From assembly GCA_021414205.1 (NCBI GenBank), contig JAIOOW010000002.1, positions 404,171-468,170 on the forward strand: a stretch of 64,000 bases of DNA, written 5' to 3'. This document shows positions 50,013-59,053 of this stretch, one piece after another. The DNA is from Candidatus Anderseniibacteriota bacterium. GTDB taxonomy: Bacteria > Patescibacteriota > Andersenbacteria > UBA10190. Below the pieces are notes generated by a model, which saw nothing but the letters and a program-made list of their open reading frames with translations, searched no databases and had not been told where the DNA came from. The translations under genes were made by a program, and so were the position numbers. Within the stretch, counting starts at the first letter, position 1; each line of letters begins with the position of its first letter.

Positions 50013-50152
50013 AAAAGGCACATCCCGCCTTCATTTCATATGAAGGGATGCGCTAAAAACTATTGTCTACTTGGCTTGATTGATGATGCACACAAATCTT
50101 GCTCGTCAAAGACGATACTATAGAGTATAGAAGGTGTGCATAAGTATGTCAA
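50013..50152 (-). promoter_or_regulatory. rpoBC promoter and leader with a terminator-like hairpin
   Basis: TTGACA(50152-50147)-17-TATACT(50129-50124); hairpin 50018-50053 followed by CUUUU. Confidence 0.65.
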
Positions 50153-50184
50153 GGCATTTAAGCCCTTTTTGGAGGAAATCAAGC

Positions 50185-50565
50185 CTACTTTTCCACAGCT
50201 TGACCGTACTTCGGCTCCACTGCATCCACTTTTTCACCAGTTCGAGCGCTTTTCACAACATCTTCTTCCGAATCCCCGGACACCACAGCAAGCTCCGCGC
50301 CGATGGCTTGGGCAAGGATTGTGGTCGTCACAATCCCAGTTCGAACCAACCCATAACTCCCCGGCCCGGCATGCACGGCAACGCGCGTAATATCTGTTTT
50401 TTGCTTTCCAAGCTCTTCTAATAACCCTCCAATATGCACCAAGAGATCCGTTCCCACTTTCGGCGTATTCTCCCATTCCCGCTTTCCCAGAACAGTAGTA
50501 TCGTCAGCACATATAATTCGTGCCCTCGGGTGTGCGGTGTCGATGATGAGAATGAGTTGCTTCAT
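50185..50565 (-). CDS. tsaB: TsaB-like protein (truncated, N-terminal domain)
   Basis: LIIDTA, I..VAV..GPGSY...RTG. Confidence 0.8.
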   Translation of the reverse strand: MKQLILIIDTAHPRARIICADDTTVLGKREWENTPKVGTDLLVHIGGLLEELGKQKTDITRVAVHAGPGSYGLVRTGIVTTTILAQAIGAELAVVSGDSEEDVVKSARTGEKVDAVEPKYGQAVEK

Positions 50566-50906
50566 ACCTGCGTATTCTGCTCCGAATTCCATTTTGGTTC
50601 AATAAATACAAATGTTTTTCCTTTACCCTCGATAGAATATGGCGTCCTTGGCTGAACATACAATACGTCTCCGGCTTCAAGCTTTTGCTCCTTACCTCCA
50701 ACATTCGCGCTAAATTCTCCATCGATAATAAACATAGCTTCCGTACAATATTCATTTTGACGAGATCCTTGTTCCGGATACCTTCCATCTTGCTCTACAT
50801 ATGCACACGATAATCGATCTGTTGGAGAATCTGGATATAGATAGCACACTCCACCTGCGATATCATATTTCTTTGCCTGATTTTGTTTAAATAGATAATT
50901 GTTCAT
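50562..50906 (-). CDS. Cupin domain protein
   Basis: E.MFIIDGE, L.AGDVLYV.P.TPYS; ATGA overlaps on both sides. Confidence 0.82.
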   Translation of the reverse strand: MNNYLFKQNQAKKYDIAGGVCYLYPDSPTDRLSCAYVEQDGRYPEQGSRQNEYCTEAMFIIDGEFSANVGGKEQKLEAGDVLYVQPRTPYSIEGKGKTFVFIEPKWNSEQNTQV

Positions 50907-52000
50907 GGGATAAAAAATGATTGATTAAATTGAGTAATGTTTTCTTTCGTTCCATCTAGGTGAAACACGACAACATCCTCAATGCGAACACCTCCAACAC
51001 CCGGACAATACAACCCTGGCTCCACCGTAAGCGCCATACCAGACTCAATCGCAACATCACATATTGCATTAATCCGTGGCCCCTCATGAACAGATAACCC
51101 CAGGCTATGCCCAGTACCGTGCATAAATCCTTTTTCTGGCGAAGTTGGATATCCGCGCTTTTTAAATGCATCGACAGTGCGAGCATGCACCGTTGAGCAC
51201 ACTTCACCAACTGCAACACTATCCGCAATTTCTTTTTGCACTTCCTGAACAGCTGTAAATAATTCAGCCAACTCTTTACTCGGAGTTCCTTTCACAAACG
51301 TCCGCGTCATGTCTGCATAAAAGCCCGTTTTTTCTGAGCGTGGGAATATATCAATAATAATTGCCTCATTAGGTAGAAGAGGCCCACTTCCTTCATCATG
51401 TGGACGGGCAGTCTGCTCACCCGATGCCACTATAATTCCGTCCGGACAATCATACCCTTGCTCTAATAAATGTGTTCGCAATCTGTGTTTTACATATTCG
51501 CTCGTCAAAACTTTTCCCCCAAACACAATAAAGCCTTTATCTATTATGCTTTGCGAAAGAATATCGTATACAAGGGCAAACGCAGATTCATTCACACGCT
51601 GAGCTTCAATCATGTCAGTAATTTCTTGTTCTGTTTTTTTATCACGCTCAGATTCGTAATCATGCACAACAAGAGCTATACCCGCGTCTTTCAATGCAGA
51701 AGCTAATGCATATGGCATATTTGGCGATATCTTTGCTTCCGTAATGCTAAAATGCTTCAAAATATTCACGAGTGTTTCGGAAAATGTTTTCTGCATGTAC
51801 GGCTCTAACCGCTCAACTTGAATATCGTTTCCAGTGCGCTGTATTTTTTGTGACTGCACATCATATTCTCGTGCATCAAAAAATACTTTTGACTTCTCAC
51901 CATCAACAGCAAGATATATAAAAGAATCAGGAGCCGTTATTCCTGTTCTATGTAATATTTCTGGACCCTTTGCATCAACTAATACAAATGCTGTTTTCAT
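50903..52000 (-). CDS. Xaa-Pro peptidase, M24 family
   Basis: PH, DIFP, ADMTRT, HGTGHSLGL.VHE.P, TVEPG.Y, GVRIED. Confidence 0.93.
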   Translation of the reverse strand: MKTAFVLVDAKGPEILHRTGITAPDSFIYLAVDGEKSKVFFDAREYDVQSQKIQRTGNDIQVERLEPYMQKTFSETLVNILKHFSITEAKISPNMPYALASALKDAGIALVVHDYESERDKKTEQEITDMIEAQRVNESAFALVYDILSQSIIDKGFIVFGGKVLTSEYVKHRLRTHLLEQGYDCPDGIIVASGEQTARPHDEGSGPLLPNEAIIIDIFPRSEKTGFYADMTRTFVKGTPSKELAELFTAVQEVQKEIADSVAVGEVCSTVHARTVDAFKKRGYPTSPEKGFMHGTGHSLGLSVHEGPRINAICDVAIESGMALTVEPGLYCPGVGGVRIEDVVVFHLDGTKENITQFNQSFFIP

Positions 52001-52028
52001 ATATATAATCATACAAGATAAAAAGATT

Positions 52029-52064
52029 CTGAATTGAAGAGCCTCCGTGCTCTTCAATTCAGAT
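52029..52064 (-). terminator. Long hairpin after the 466-aa orphan gene
   Basis: CTGAATTGAAGAGC-CTCCGT-GCTCTTCAATTCAG, with A-tract to the left on the + strand. Confidence 0.75.
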
Positions 52065-52068
52065 CAGC

Positions 52069-53469
52069 CTAATAGGCTCGCTTCGCACACAACACCGGAA
52101 GAGGTGCCCAGAATGCGTTAAACCGGTTCATCTCCGGTCGATCTCCGGCTAGGAAGATAACGTTATCCCCCAAAGCTTCGCGATAGATACGCGCGACTGC
52201 CGCATATTCGCCTCCTTGCGAAAATACAATTTTTCGAACAGTAACGTCATCCATATCAACCCCATGCCACCGCTCATAGAATGTGCGGTACTGGGACGGG
52301 ATTCGCGCAATAACATTCGCAAGGTCTGGGTGGAGATCAGGCATCTTACCAAAATCCCCAGCGATCATTCGCTCCGTACACTCCAATGCAAAGACGCGAA
52401 AATTTCCGTTTCCACGCCGCACATCGAAAAGCTCCAACTCGATCGAAATATCACTTGGCATCAATGATTGAAACGCATCAAGCGAGCACTGACATCGCCG
52501 AATAAATTCCTGGCGATCAACACCCACCCTTTGCAGCACCACCTCCGAATCGGCTTCGAAGTCTCCGATACCGATCACAAATCGATGCTTAAGCCCAAGT
52601 CCTGCAAAGAAGCGAGAAAGCCCTGGGATGATTCGCGCAAATTGCCTTGCGACTAACCCAACACCTTCACCCAAACCATCAAACGTGTACTGATAAGGCA
52701 CCAACGGATTGCCCGTTTCCACGTACGCATAATCAGGGCAGAATGCTCCAGCAAGTACGATCTCCTTACCGCACTTACCATCCTCGACAACAGCGCGAAG
52801 AGCACGAGTCATCGTTTCAGAAGGAATGAGCATCTGCAGATCAAGTAGTAGTTCTGCGAATTGCAATCCAAGCTCATCGCCAAATACTGAGCGAAGTGGT
52901 CCAGCAGAACGCATTACATGTCCCTGGAATTTCGCGGGCTCGACCCCCTGCACAGCTCTATAAACTGACATAGGATTACCGTCTTTTCGCGTCATTCCAA
53001 CTGGGGCAATGGGTTGTTTTTCGAAATGAAGCGTTCGATGGTCTGGATTCAAGACACGCCTTCCATCTATCTCAACCTTTGCGTCCCTGTCCTGAAAATG
53101 TTGCCAACCCTTGTACTCAACTTGGAGAACTCCAGGGAAAGAAAGACTGAACAATCGATACAACAACCAGTTCCTAGGTGGTTGTCCAGGACCGTTCTTG
53201 AGCTCAATACCCAACCTCTGAGACAGCGCTGTATTACTCTTCACGTCCCCGATAGTAAAATACTCTAACGGACGCCAATTCTTTGCACTGCTAACATCTA
53301 CCAAATCCCAATATGTCGTAACCTCGCCTTGATCCATGCCGAGCGCAAGCAGAGTCTGCTCGAATTCCGAACGATTCCCATCGTATCGGAGTTGCCCAAC
53401 TTTTCGAGCAACATCAAAGAACACTCGGACTTCGCTTGCAAATCCGTTCTGACCATTTGTTGCACTCAT
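52069..53469 (-). CDS. Uncharacterised 466-aa protein with possible Rossmann-like (HUP) C-terminal domain
   Basis: Long ORF, AAGGAAGGAG SD; motifs LAGAFCPDY, YTFDGLGEGVGLVA, IGIGDFEA, QGGEYA. Confidence 0.85.
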   Translation of the reverse strand: MSATNGQNGFASEVRVFFDVARKVGQLRYDGNRSEFEQTLLALGMDQGEVTTYWDLVDVSSAKNWRPLEYFTIGDVKSNTALSQRLGIELKNGPGQPPRNWLLYRLFSLSFPGVLQVEYKGWQHFQDRDAKVEIDGRRVLNPDHRTLHFEKQPIAPVGMTRKDGNPMSVYRAVQGVEPAKFQGHVMRSAGPLRSVFGDELGLQFAELLLDLQMLIPSETMTRALRAVVEDGKCGKEIVLAGAFCPDYAYVETGNPLVPYQYTFDGLGEGVGLVARQFARIIPGLSRFFAGLGLKHRFVIGIGDFEADSEVVLQRVGVDRQEFIRRCQCSLDAFQSLMPSDISIELELFDVRRGNGNFRVFALECTERMIAGDFGKMPDLHPDLANVIARIPSQYRTFYERWHGVDMDDVTVRKIVFSQGGEYAAVARIYREALGDNVIFLAGDRPEMNRFNAFWAPLPVLCAKRAY

Positions 53470-53515
53470 GGCACAACTCCTTCCTTTTGTGTGAAACGAA
53501 CACCACTAAACACTA

Positions 53516-53541
53516 AAGCTCCCGGTTGTATCCGGGAGCTT
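53516..53541 (-). terminator. Attenuator terminator hairpin in the leader
   Basis: AAGCUCCCGG-AUACAA-CCGGGAGCUU followed by UAGUGUUU, 47 nt before the start codon. Confidence 0.7.
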
Positions 53542-53576
53542 ATGGAAATATCCTTATTGAAACAAAGATCCTACCA

Positions 53577-53672
53577 TTAACTTCCGGAATATGTATGCAT
53601 AAACAGCACGTTCCAGCGCTTTGCCAGCACGAGCGATGCATACATATGGGTAATGGCGTTCATTGATTTCAT
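53577..53672 (-). CDS. Putative leader peptide (31 aa)
   Basis: MKSMNAITHMYASLVLAKRWNVLFMHTYSGS; starts 10 nt after TTGAAT-17-TATTCT; its 3' end is complementary to the terminator's 5' arm. Confidence 0.6.
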   Translation of the reverse strand: MKSMNAITHMYASLVLAKRWNVLFMHTYSGS

Positions 53673-53769
53673 ACTGTTACTTAGAATAAAGGAATTCAAA
53701 AAAATATTCAAACAAAAAAAGAAAACAGCCCTTTCCTAAGAGCTGTTCGAAAAAAGCATTGACATGGTT

Positions 53770-54078
53770 TCAGACGCACATACTTGGGGGTGTAATCCGC
53801 GTACCTGAGTAGAAGATTGCACCGGCACTGACCCCTGCAAGAAGCATGCAAGCCAGCGCCATAAGGACAACTGGCAGGAATCGCTTTCGGGATTCCTTAT
53901 CAGGACCTCGCAAGTACATGTACGAGCCATACACAAGCAGCACCGCCGACAGAAGGGCAGCACACGCCGAGAGTCCGCCCGTGATAAGCAGTCTTTCAAA
54001 CGGCAAATACACTTCTTTGATGCCCATGTCCGGAAGCATCCACATCAATTCATCAATAATGGTAACTGGGCGCGCCAT
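53770..54078 (-). CDS. Hypothetical 2-TM membrane protein
   Basis: 102 aa; TTGACA promoter, GAAAGAG SD, terminator at ~53712-53748. Confidence 0.65.
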   Translation of the reverse strand: MARPVTIIDELMWMLPDMGIKEVYLPFERLLITGGLSACAALLSAVLLVYGSYMYLRGPDKESRKRFLPVVLMALACMLLAGVSAGAIFYSGTRITPPSMCV

Positions 54079-54203
54079 GGCACTCTTTCTATAGACGAGG
54101 GAAAGGAGCAGGGGTAACTGATCTTTTTTAAAATACTCCTATTTTACTATTTTGTCAATAGTTATAAGCATAATATATCTATATAAAGCAATAAAAATGA
54201 TCT

Positions 54204-55397
54204 TTAGAGGCTTTTGACGATTTCCTCGATTATTCCCCGCTCATTCCAGGCAATAATGTCGTTTCCAATCCCCATACCGCGCTCTGCCCCTTTGCCAGTA
54301 GCAATAACAACATCTCCCGATTTTGCTTCTTGCAACAGTGTTGCAAGGGCCTCTTTTCGATCAACAATGCGCTGCCATTGCTTGCCTTGCTGGTCAGCAG
54401 GTAGCCCCTGCTCTAAGTCATTAAAAATCTGTTCTTCGCTTTCCGTCCACGGGTCTTCGCGCGTTACGATAATGCGATCAGCATACTTCGCAACGGCGCG
54501 CGCCATGTCGGGCCGTTTTCCGCGATCACGAAGACCAGCAGCGGATACTGTTCCAAAAATCTTAGCGCCGTCTTTTAAATCTTTTTTCACTTCCGAATAT
54601 AATCGCTCCAACGCATCGGGCGTTACTGCATAATCAATAATCACTGTCACGCCTTGCGGCGTTATAACTCTTTCCATTCTGCCAGGAACGGATTTTACCG
54701 CATCAATGCCTACTTGAATTGTTGTATCAGGAATTTTAAGAGCGTGGGCAAGCAGAGTAACAGCACATGCATTTTCCTTATTAATACTTCCAGAAAGTTC
54801 CGCATGCGTAGATTGAATATCGGCATCAGTCATTCGCACCACGTTCAATCCGTTTTTTTCTGCACGGTCGAGCATTGGCCGAACATAGTCGTCATCTTGC
54901 TTGCCTACAAGTGGAGCACCAATCCGTAAATAATGAACGATTCGCTCCTTAGCAGCAGCGTACTGTTCAAGCGTTGCATGATAATCCAAATGCTCGCGCG
55001 CAATGTTTAATATAATAGCGCCGTCGAATTGAATGCCGGCAATGCGGTGCTGATCGAGCGCATGGCTGGTCGTTTCTAATACTACGTATTCTATTCCCCG
55101 TTTTTTCATGCGCGCTAAATAGGAAAATATTTTGCGAGAGGGAAGTGTTGTCATTTTTGTTTCGTTTATTTCTTCTTTCCCCCCAATGCGAAACGAAACG
55201 GTTGTAAGCATTCCTACATGTTCTTTCCCATGCGCTTGCTCTAACACACTAGCAAGCAAATACGAGGTAGTAGTCTTTCCATTGGTCCCCGTTACACCAA
55301 ACAGGCGCATTCCTTTATCCGGAATGCCATACACTGCGCGCCAAAAATGCGCTTCGAAAAAATGTCCGATATTTTTTATCTCTTGAATAATATTCAT
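54204..55397 (-). CDS. murE: UDP-N-acetylmuramyl-tripeptide synthetase (MurE-like)
   Basis: GVTGTNGKTTT, LETTSHALDQ, EHLDYH, GRME, DYA.TPD, G.RDRGKRP.M. Confidence 0.88.
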   Translation of the reverse strand: MNIIQEIKNIGHFFEAHFWRAVYGIPDKGMRLFGVTGTNGKTTTSYLLASVLEQAHGKEHVGMLTTVSFRIGGKEEINETKMTTLPSRKIFSYLARMKKRGIEYVVLETTSHALDQHRIAGIQFDGAIILNIAREHLDYHATLEQYAAAKERIVHYLRIGAPLVGKQDDDYVRPMLDRAEKNGLNVVRMTDADIQSTHAELSGSINKENACAVTLLAHALKIPDTTIQVGIDAVKSVPGRMERVITPQGVTVIIDYAVTPDALERLYSEVKKDLKDGAKIFGTVSAAGLRDRGKRPDMARAVAKYADRIIVTREDPWTESEEQIFNDLEQGLPADQQGKQWQRIVDRKEALATLLQEAKSGDVVIATGKGAERGMGIGNDIIAWNERGIIEEIVKSL

Positions 55398-56440
55398 ATC
55401 GATTTAATAGAATTCCTCACTCGAGAAAACGCATCGCGCATGAGCCCGAACCCTGCATACAACCCATCGTTAAACACTAAATCATGCGCGCCAACATACG
55501 AAATCCGAGTGCCTCCAAATCCGGCTTTCATACGGGTTATGCCCGCCCATGGATGATCAGGACTTGCGTCTTCTGCAGCTACTCCAAAAAAGTCATACCG
55601 CTTCATACCCTTTTCTTTTGCACGCACTATCGTATCCCAATACAAAAGCGTAGGCGCCATAAACGAGCGCTTACCAGGATCACTTGCTCCATGCCCGTAT
55701 GTCGCCATGCCATTTGCATACAGTATGATATGGGCCGCAATCACATCGTCTCCAACGCTGGCAATCGCAATCTCTGCCATATTTTTCTTCCCAAGCACAT
55801 CAATCATTACGCGATAATAGTCATCAGGATGATACGCAAACCCTGTTCTTGCAGACACTTCGCGAGAGATTTTTAAAAACTTTTCGACATCTTCAGGTGT
55901 TGTCGAATACGAAATAACTACACCCTTCTTTTGCGCCACCTTAATATTGTAACGCGTTTTTGGATGCAAATTTGTCTGGAAAGTTTCAACGGACTGATTC
56001 AGATCGAGCAGAAGCGTATCTTTTGGCTGAACTTCGCGAGAAGATTTGCGCCAAACATCGGGAATCTTATATTCGGATGAAGCGGTCCATAACGGATCGA
56101 TTCGAATAAAAAAAGCACCCGTTTCTTTTGCTAAGCTTGCAAACTTTTCTTCTAATAACCCCCACACATGCGCTTGATCTTCTTTTGATAATCCATCCGC
56201 AAATACGGGGCCATGCGGAACATACAACCACGAATACCCCAATTTAATTCCCCTGCGAAGCACTAAAGCCACTGCCATAATTTTCCCGCCGTGCTCGATA
56301 ATAACTCTCCAATACAGCCCGCCAAGCTCTCGATGCATTTCGCCCCACGCCCATGTTTGTAAAAACGATCCATGCGATGTCGATGCAACAAAACTATCCC
56401 ACCGGCCTTCTTCAAGATGAATTGCTTCCGCGATATTCAT
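55394..56440 (-). CDS. FemABX-family peptidoglycan bridge peptidyltransferase
   Basis: FLQTWAWG, Y.P.GP, KTRYNI..A.KKGV, YDFFG, GITRMK.GFGG. Confidence 0.9.
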   Translation of the reverse strand: MNIAEAIHLEEGRWDSFVASTSHGSFLQTWAWGEMHRELGGLYWRVIIEHGGKIMAVALVLRRGIKLGYSWLYVPHGPVFADGLSKEDQAHVWGLLEEKFASLAKETGAFFIRIDPLWTASSEYKIPDVWRKSSREVQPKDTLLLDLNQSVETFQTNLHPKTRYNIKVAQKKGVVISYSTTPEDVEKFLKISREVSARTGFAYHPDDYYRVMIDVLGKKNMAEIAIASVGDDVIAAHIILYANGMATYGHGASDPGKRSFMAPTLLYWDTIVRAKEKGMKRYDFFGVAAEDASPDHPWAGITRMKAGFGGTRISYVGAHDLVFNDGLYAGFGLMRDAFSRVRNSIKSI

Positions 56441-56441
56441 A

Positions 56442-57020
56442 CTATGACGATGCTGGGTATTTAAGCGCCATCTTAATAGCTTCTTCAACCGTAGCTATAT
56501 CTTTCGGTAACTTCTCAACCACAGCACGCGCCTGTGCTTGGGTATATCCGATGGCAACCAATGCATCAACGGCTTCTTGTAACACAGGGCGGTGCAATGC
56601 GAATACAGAACCGCTCGGCAATTCAGAAAGCTTTCCTTTCAACTCAATAATAATCCTCTCTGCCGTTTTCTTCCCGACCCCCGGCATGCTGGTTAAGAGC
56701 GCAACGTCGCCCGTTGCAACGGCTTGCGATAGCATATGCGGGCTTACCACATCTAAAATTCCCATCGCAGTTTTCGGACCAATAGACGGTACTCGTAACA
56801 ACAATTCAAAATACTCTAATTCGCGATTCGTTTCGAATCCAAATAAAATTTCATCGGAATCTGTTATATGATCATAAATAACGAAACTCATATCTTGATT
56901 AAGCGCCAATTTTTCTCGCAAAGCCGACGCCACAAATACTCGATACCCAACCCCGTGAACATCGAGAATAATGGCTTTTTCTTCGCGCTCCAATACCGTC
57001 CCCGTTAAGCGAGCTATCAT
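56442..57020 (-). CDS. ruvA: Holliday junction branch migration protein RuvA
   Basis: MIARLTG, GVGYRV, LFGF, IGPKTA, PGVGKKTAERII.ELK. Confidence 0.96.
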   Translation of the reverse strand: MIARLTGTVLEREEKAIILDVHGVGYRVFVASALREKLALNQDMSFVIYDHITDSDEILFGFETNRELEYFELLLRVPSIGPKTAMGILDVVSPHMLSQAVATGDVALLTSMPGVGKKTAERIIIELKGKLSELPSGSVFALHRPVLQEAVDALVAIGYTQAQARAVVEKLPKDIATVEEAIKMALKYPASS

Positions 57021-57074
57021 ATATATAAGGTACGGTATGCGACACTTGGCGTAAAGTATGTATAATGGCCTCAT

Positions 57075-59051
57075 ATGGCAAATTCTCTATTCACCATCAA
57101 AGCACCGTTTCAGCCAGCGGGCGATCAGCCAAAAGCGATTGCTGGGCTTGTTGATGGAGTGAAAAAAGACTTAAAACGACAGACCCTGCTCGGCGTTACC
57201 GGTTCTGGGAAAACAATGACCGCAGCATCTGTTATTGCAGAAACGGGATTTCCTGCGCTCATCATTAGCCACAATAAAACATTAGCAGCGCAGCTTACCG
57301 AGGAATTCCGAACATTCTTCCCCGATGCGGCTGTTGAATATTTCGTTTCATATTACGACTACTACCAACCCGAGGCATATATTCCGCGATCTGGAACATA
57401 TATTGCAAAAGATTCCGCCATCAACGAAGAAATTGATCGCCTACGCCACAGCGCCATGGAAGCAATTTTGACGCGCAAAGATGCTATAGTAGTGGCATCC
57501 GTATCATGTATTTACGGCTTAGGATCACCAAAGGAATATATGGACGCCCGCGTAGGAATTGCCGTGGGAGAAGATATCGCCCGCCAAGATTTCTTAAAAA
57601 AGTTGATATCTTTGCAGTATGAACGAAACGATATTGATTTGGAACGAGGCAAGTATCGCGTCCGAGGAGATGTTGTGGATGTATTTCCCTCCGGAGAAGA
57701 GCAGGTGATTCGTATTGAGTTTTTCGGCCATTACGTAGAATCAATTACGCAGCTCGACGCAATTACCGGACACAAGATTACATCGCTTGCCAACGCCGCC
57801 ATCTTCCCGGCAACATTCTTCGTAACAAATGACACACAGCGCAAACAGTCGCTCGAATTAATTAAAAAAGAAGCGGAAATGCAGGCGAAAAAGTTTCATG
57901 ATCAAAAAAAGTTTGCAGAAGAAGAGCGTATTCTCGAACGAACAAAATATGATTTGGAAATGATCGAGCATATCGGATACGTATCCGGAATTGAAAATTA
58001 TTCCCGCTACATGGACGGCAGATCTCCTGGACAGCCGCCCTCAACGCTGATCGACTACTTTAATTACGCGTACGGAAAAGACGGCTTCCTCACATTCATC
58101 GACGAATCCCATATGACCATTCCGCAAATCGGCGCCATGGAAGCAGGGGACTCCGCACGAAAAGAAAACCTCATCAATTATGGATTCCGCCTGCCATCTG
58201 CTAAAGATAATCGTCCTCTTAAATTTTTTGAATTTGAAGATCGAATCGGGAAAACAGTATTTATATCCGCAACTCCGGGGCCGTACGAAAAGAATACGAG
58301 CGAGGCAACCGTAGAGCAGATCGTCCGTCCGACAGGATTAGTTGATCCGGAAATTGAAATCAAATCGACAAAAAACCAGATCGACGACGTGATGGAGGAA
58401 ATTAAAAGGACAGTCGTAAAAGGCCAGCGCATCATCGTAACAACTCTAACGAAACGAATGGCAGAAGAGCTTGCCACCTATCTCACAGAATCCGGTATGA
58501 AAGCTGCGTACTTGCACTCAGATATTGATACGATGGAGCGCGTAGACATTTTACGTCAATTACGTTCAGGCGTATTCGATATTCTCGTTGGCATCAACTT
58601 GCTTCGAGAGGGATTGGACTTGCCCGAAGTATCTTTAGTTGCAATTATGGACGCGGATAAAGAAGGATATCTGCGCAGCGAAACGGCGCTCATTCAAACA
58701 ATGGGCCGAGCTGCGCGCCACTTAGAAGGTCGCGTTATTATGTATGCGGACAGAATCACAGGCTCCATGCAGCGCGCAATCGATGAAACAACTCGCCGCC
58801 GCACCATCCAGCTTGCGTACAACAAAGAACATGGCATCACACCGAAATCCATTATGAAAAAAATATCCGAATCCACTCTGTCGAAGCCAGTACTTGATTT
58901 GGATTTGCCAGAAAATATCTCCAAAGACGATGCAGAGCATGCGATCAAGCGCATCACGAACAAGATGCAGCTTGCAGCAGAGCAAATGGAATTTGAAAAA
59001 GCAGCAGAATACCGCGACGTTATTGCGCAACTTCGAAAGAAGATGAGGTAG
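57075..59051 (+). CDS. uvrB: Excinuclease ABC subunit B
   Basis: PAGDQP.AI, GVTGSGKT, YYDYYQPEAY, DESH, GINLLREGLD. Confidence 0.98.
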   Translation: MANSLFTIKAPFQPAGDQPKAIAGLVDGVKKDLKRQTLLGVTGSGKTMTAASVIAETGFPALIISHNKTLAAQLTEEFRTFFPDAAVEYFVSYYDYYQPEAYIPRSGTYIAKDSAINEEIDRLRHSAMEAILTRKDAIVVASVSCIYGLGSPKEYMDARVGIAVGEDIARQDFLKKLISLQYERNDIDLERGKYRVRGDVVDVFPSGEEQVIRIEFFGHYVESITQLDAITGHKITSLANAAIFPATFFVTNDTQRKQSLELIKKEAEMQAKKFHDQKKFAEEERILERTKYDLEMIEHIGYVSGIENYSRYMDGRSPGQPPSTLIDYFNYAYGKDGFLTFIDESHMTIPQIGAMEAGDSARKENLINYGFRLPSAKDNRPLKFFEFEDRIGKTVFISATPGPYEKNTSEATVEQIVRPTGLVDPEIEIKSTKNQIDDVMEEIKRTVVKGQRIIVTTLTKRMAEELATYLTESGMKAAYLHSDIDTMERVDILRQLRSGVFDILVGINLLREGLDLPEVSLVAIMDADKEGYLRSETALIQTMGRAARHLEGRVIMYADRITGSMQRAIDETTRRRTIQLAYNKEHGITPKSIMKKISESTLSKPVLDLDLPENISKDDAEHAIKRITNKMQLAAEQMEFEKAAEYRDVIAQLRKKMR

Positions 59052-59053
59052 TA

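Noticed and set aside
50185-50565. Short TsaB as a pseudogene
   Set aside because: Intact frame, coupled start, and short TsaB forms are usual in reduced CPR-type genomes
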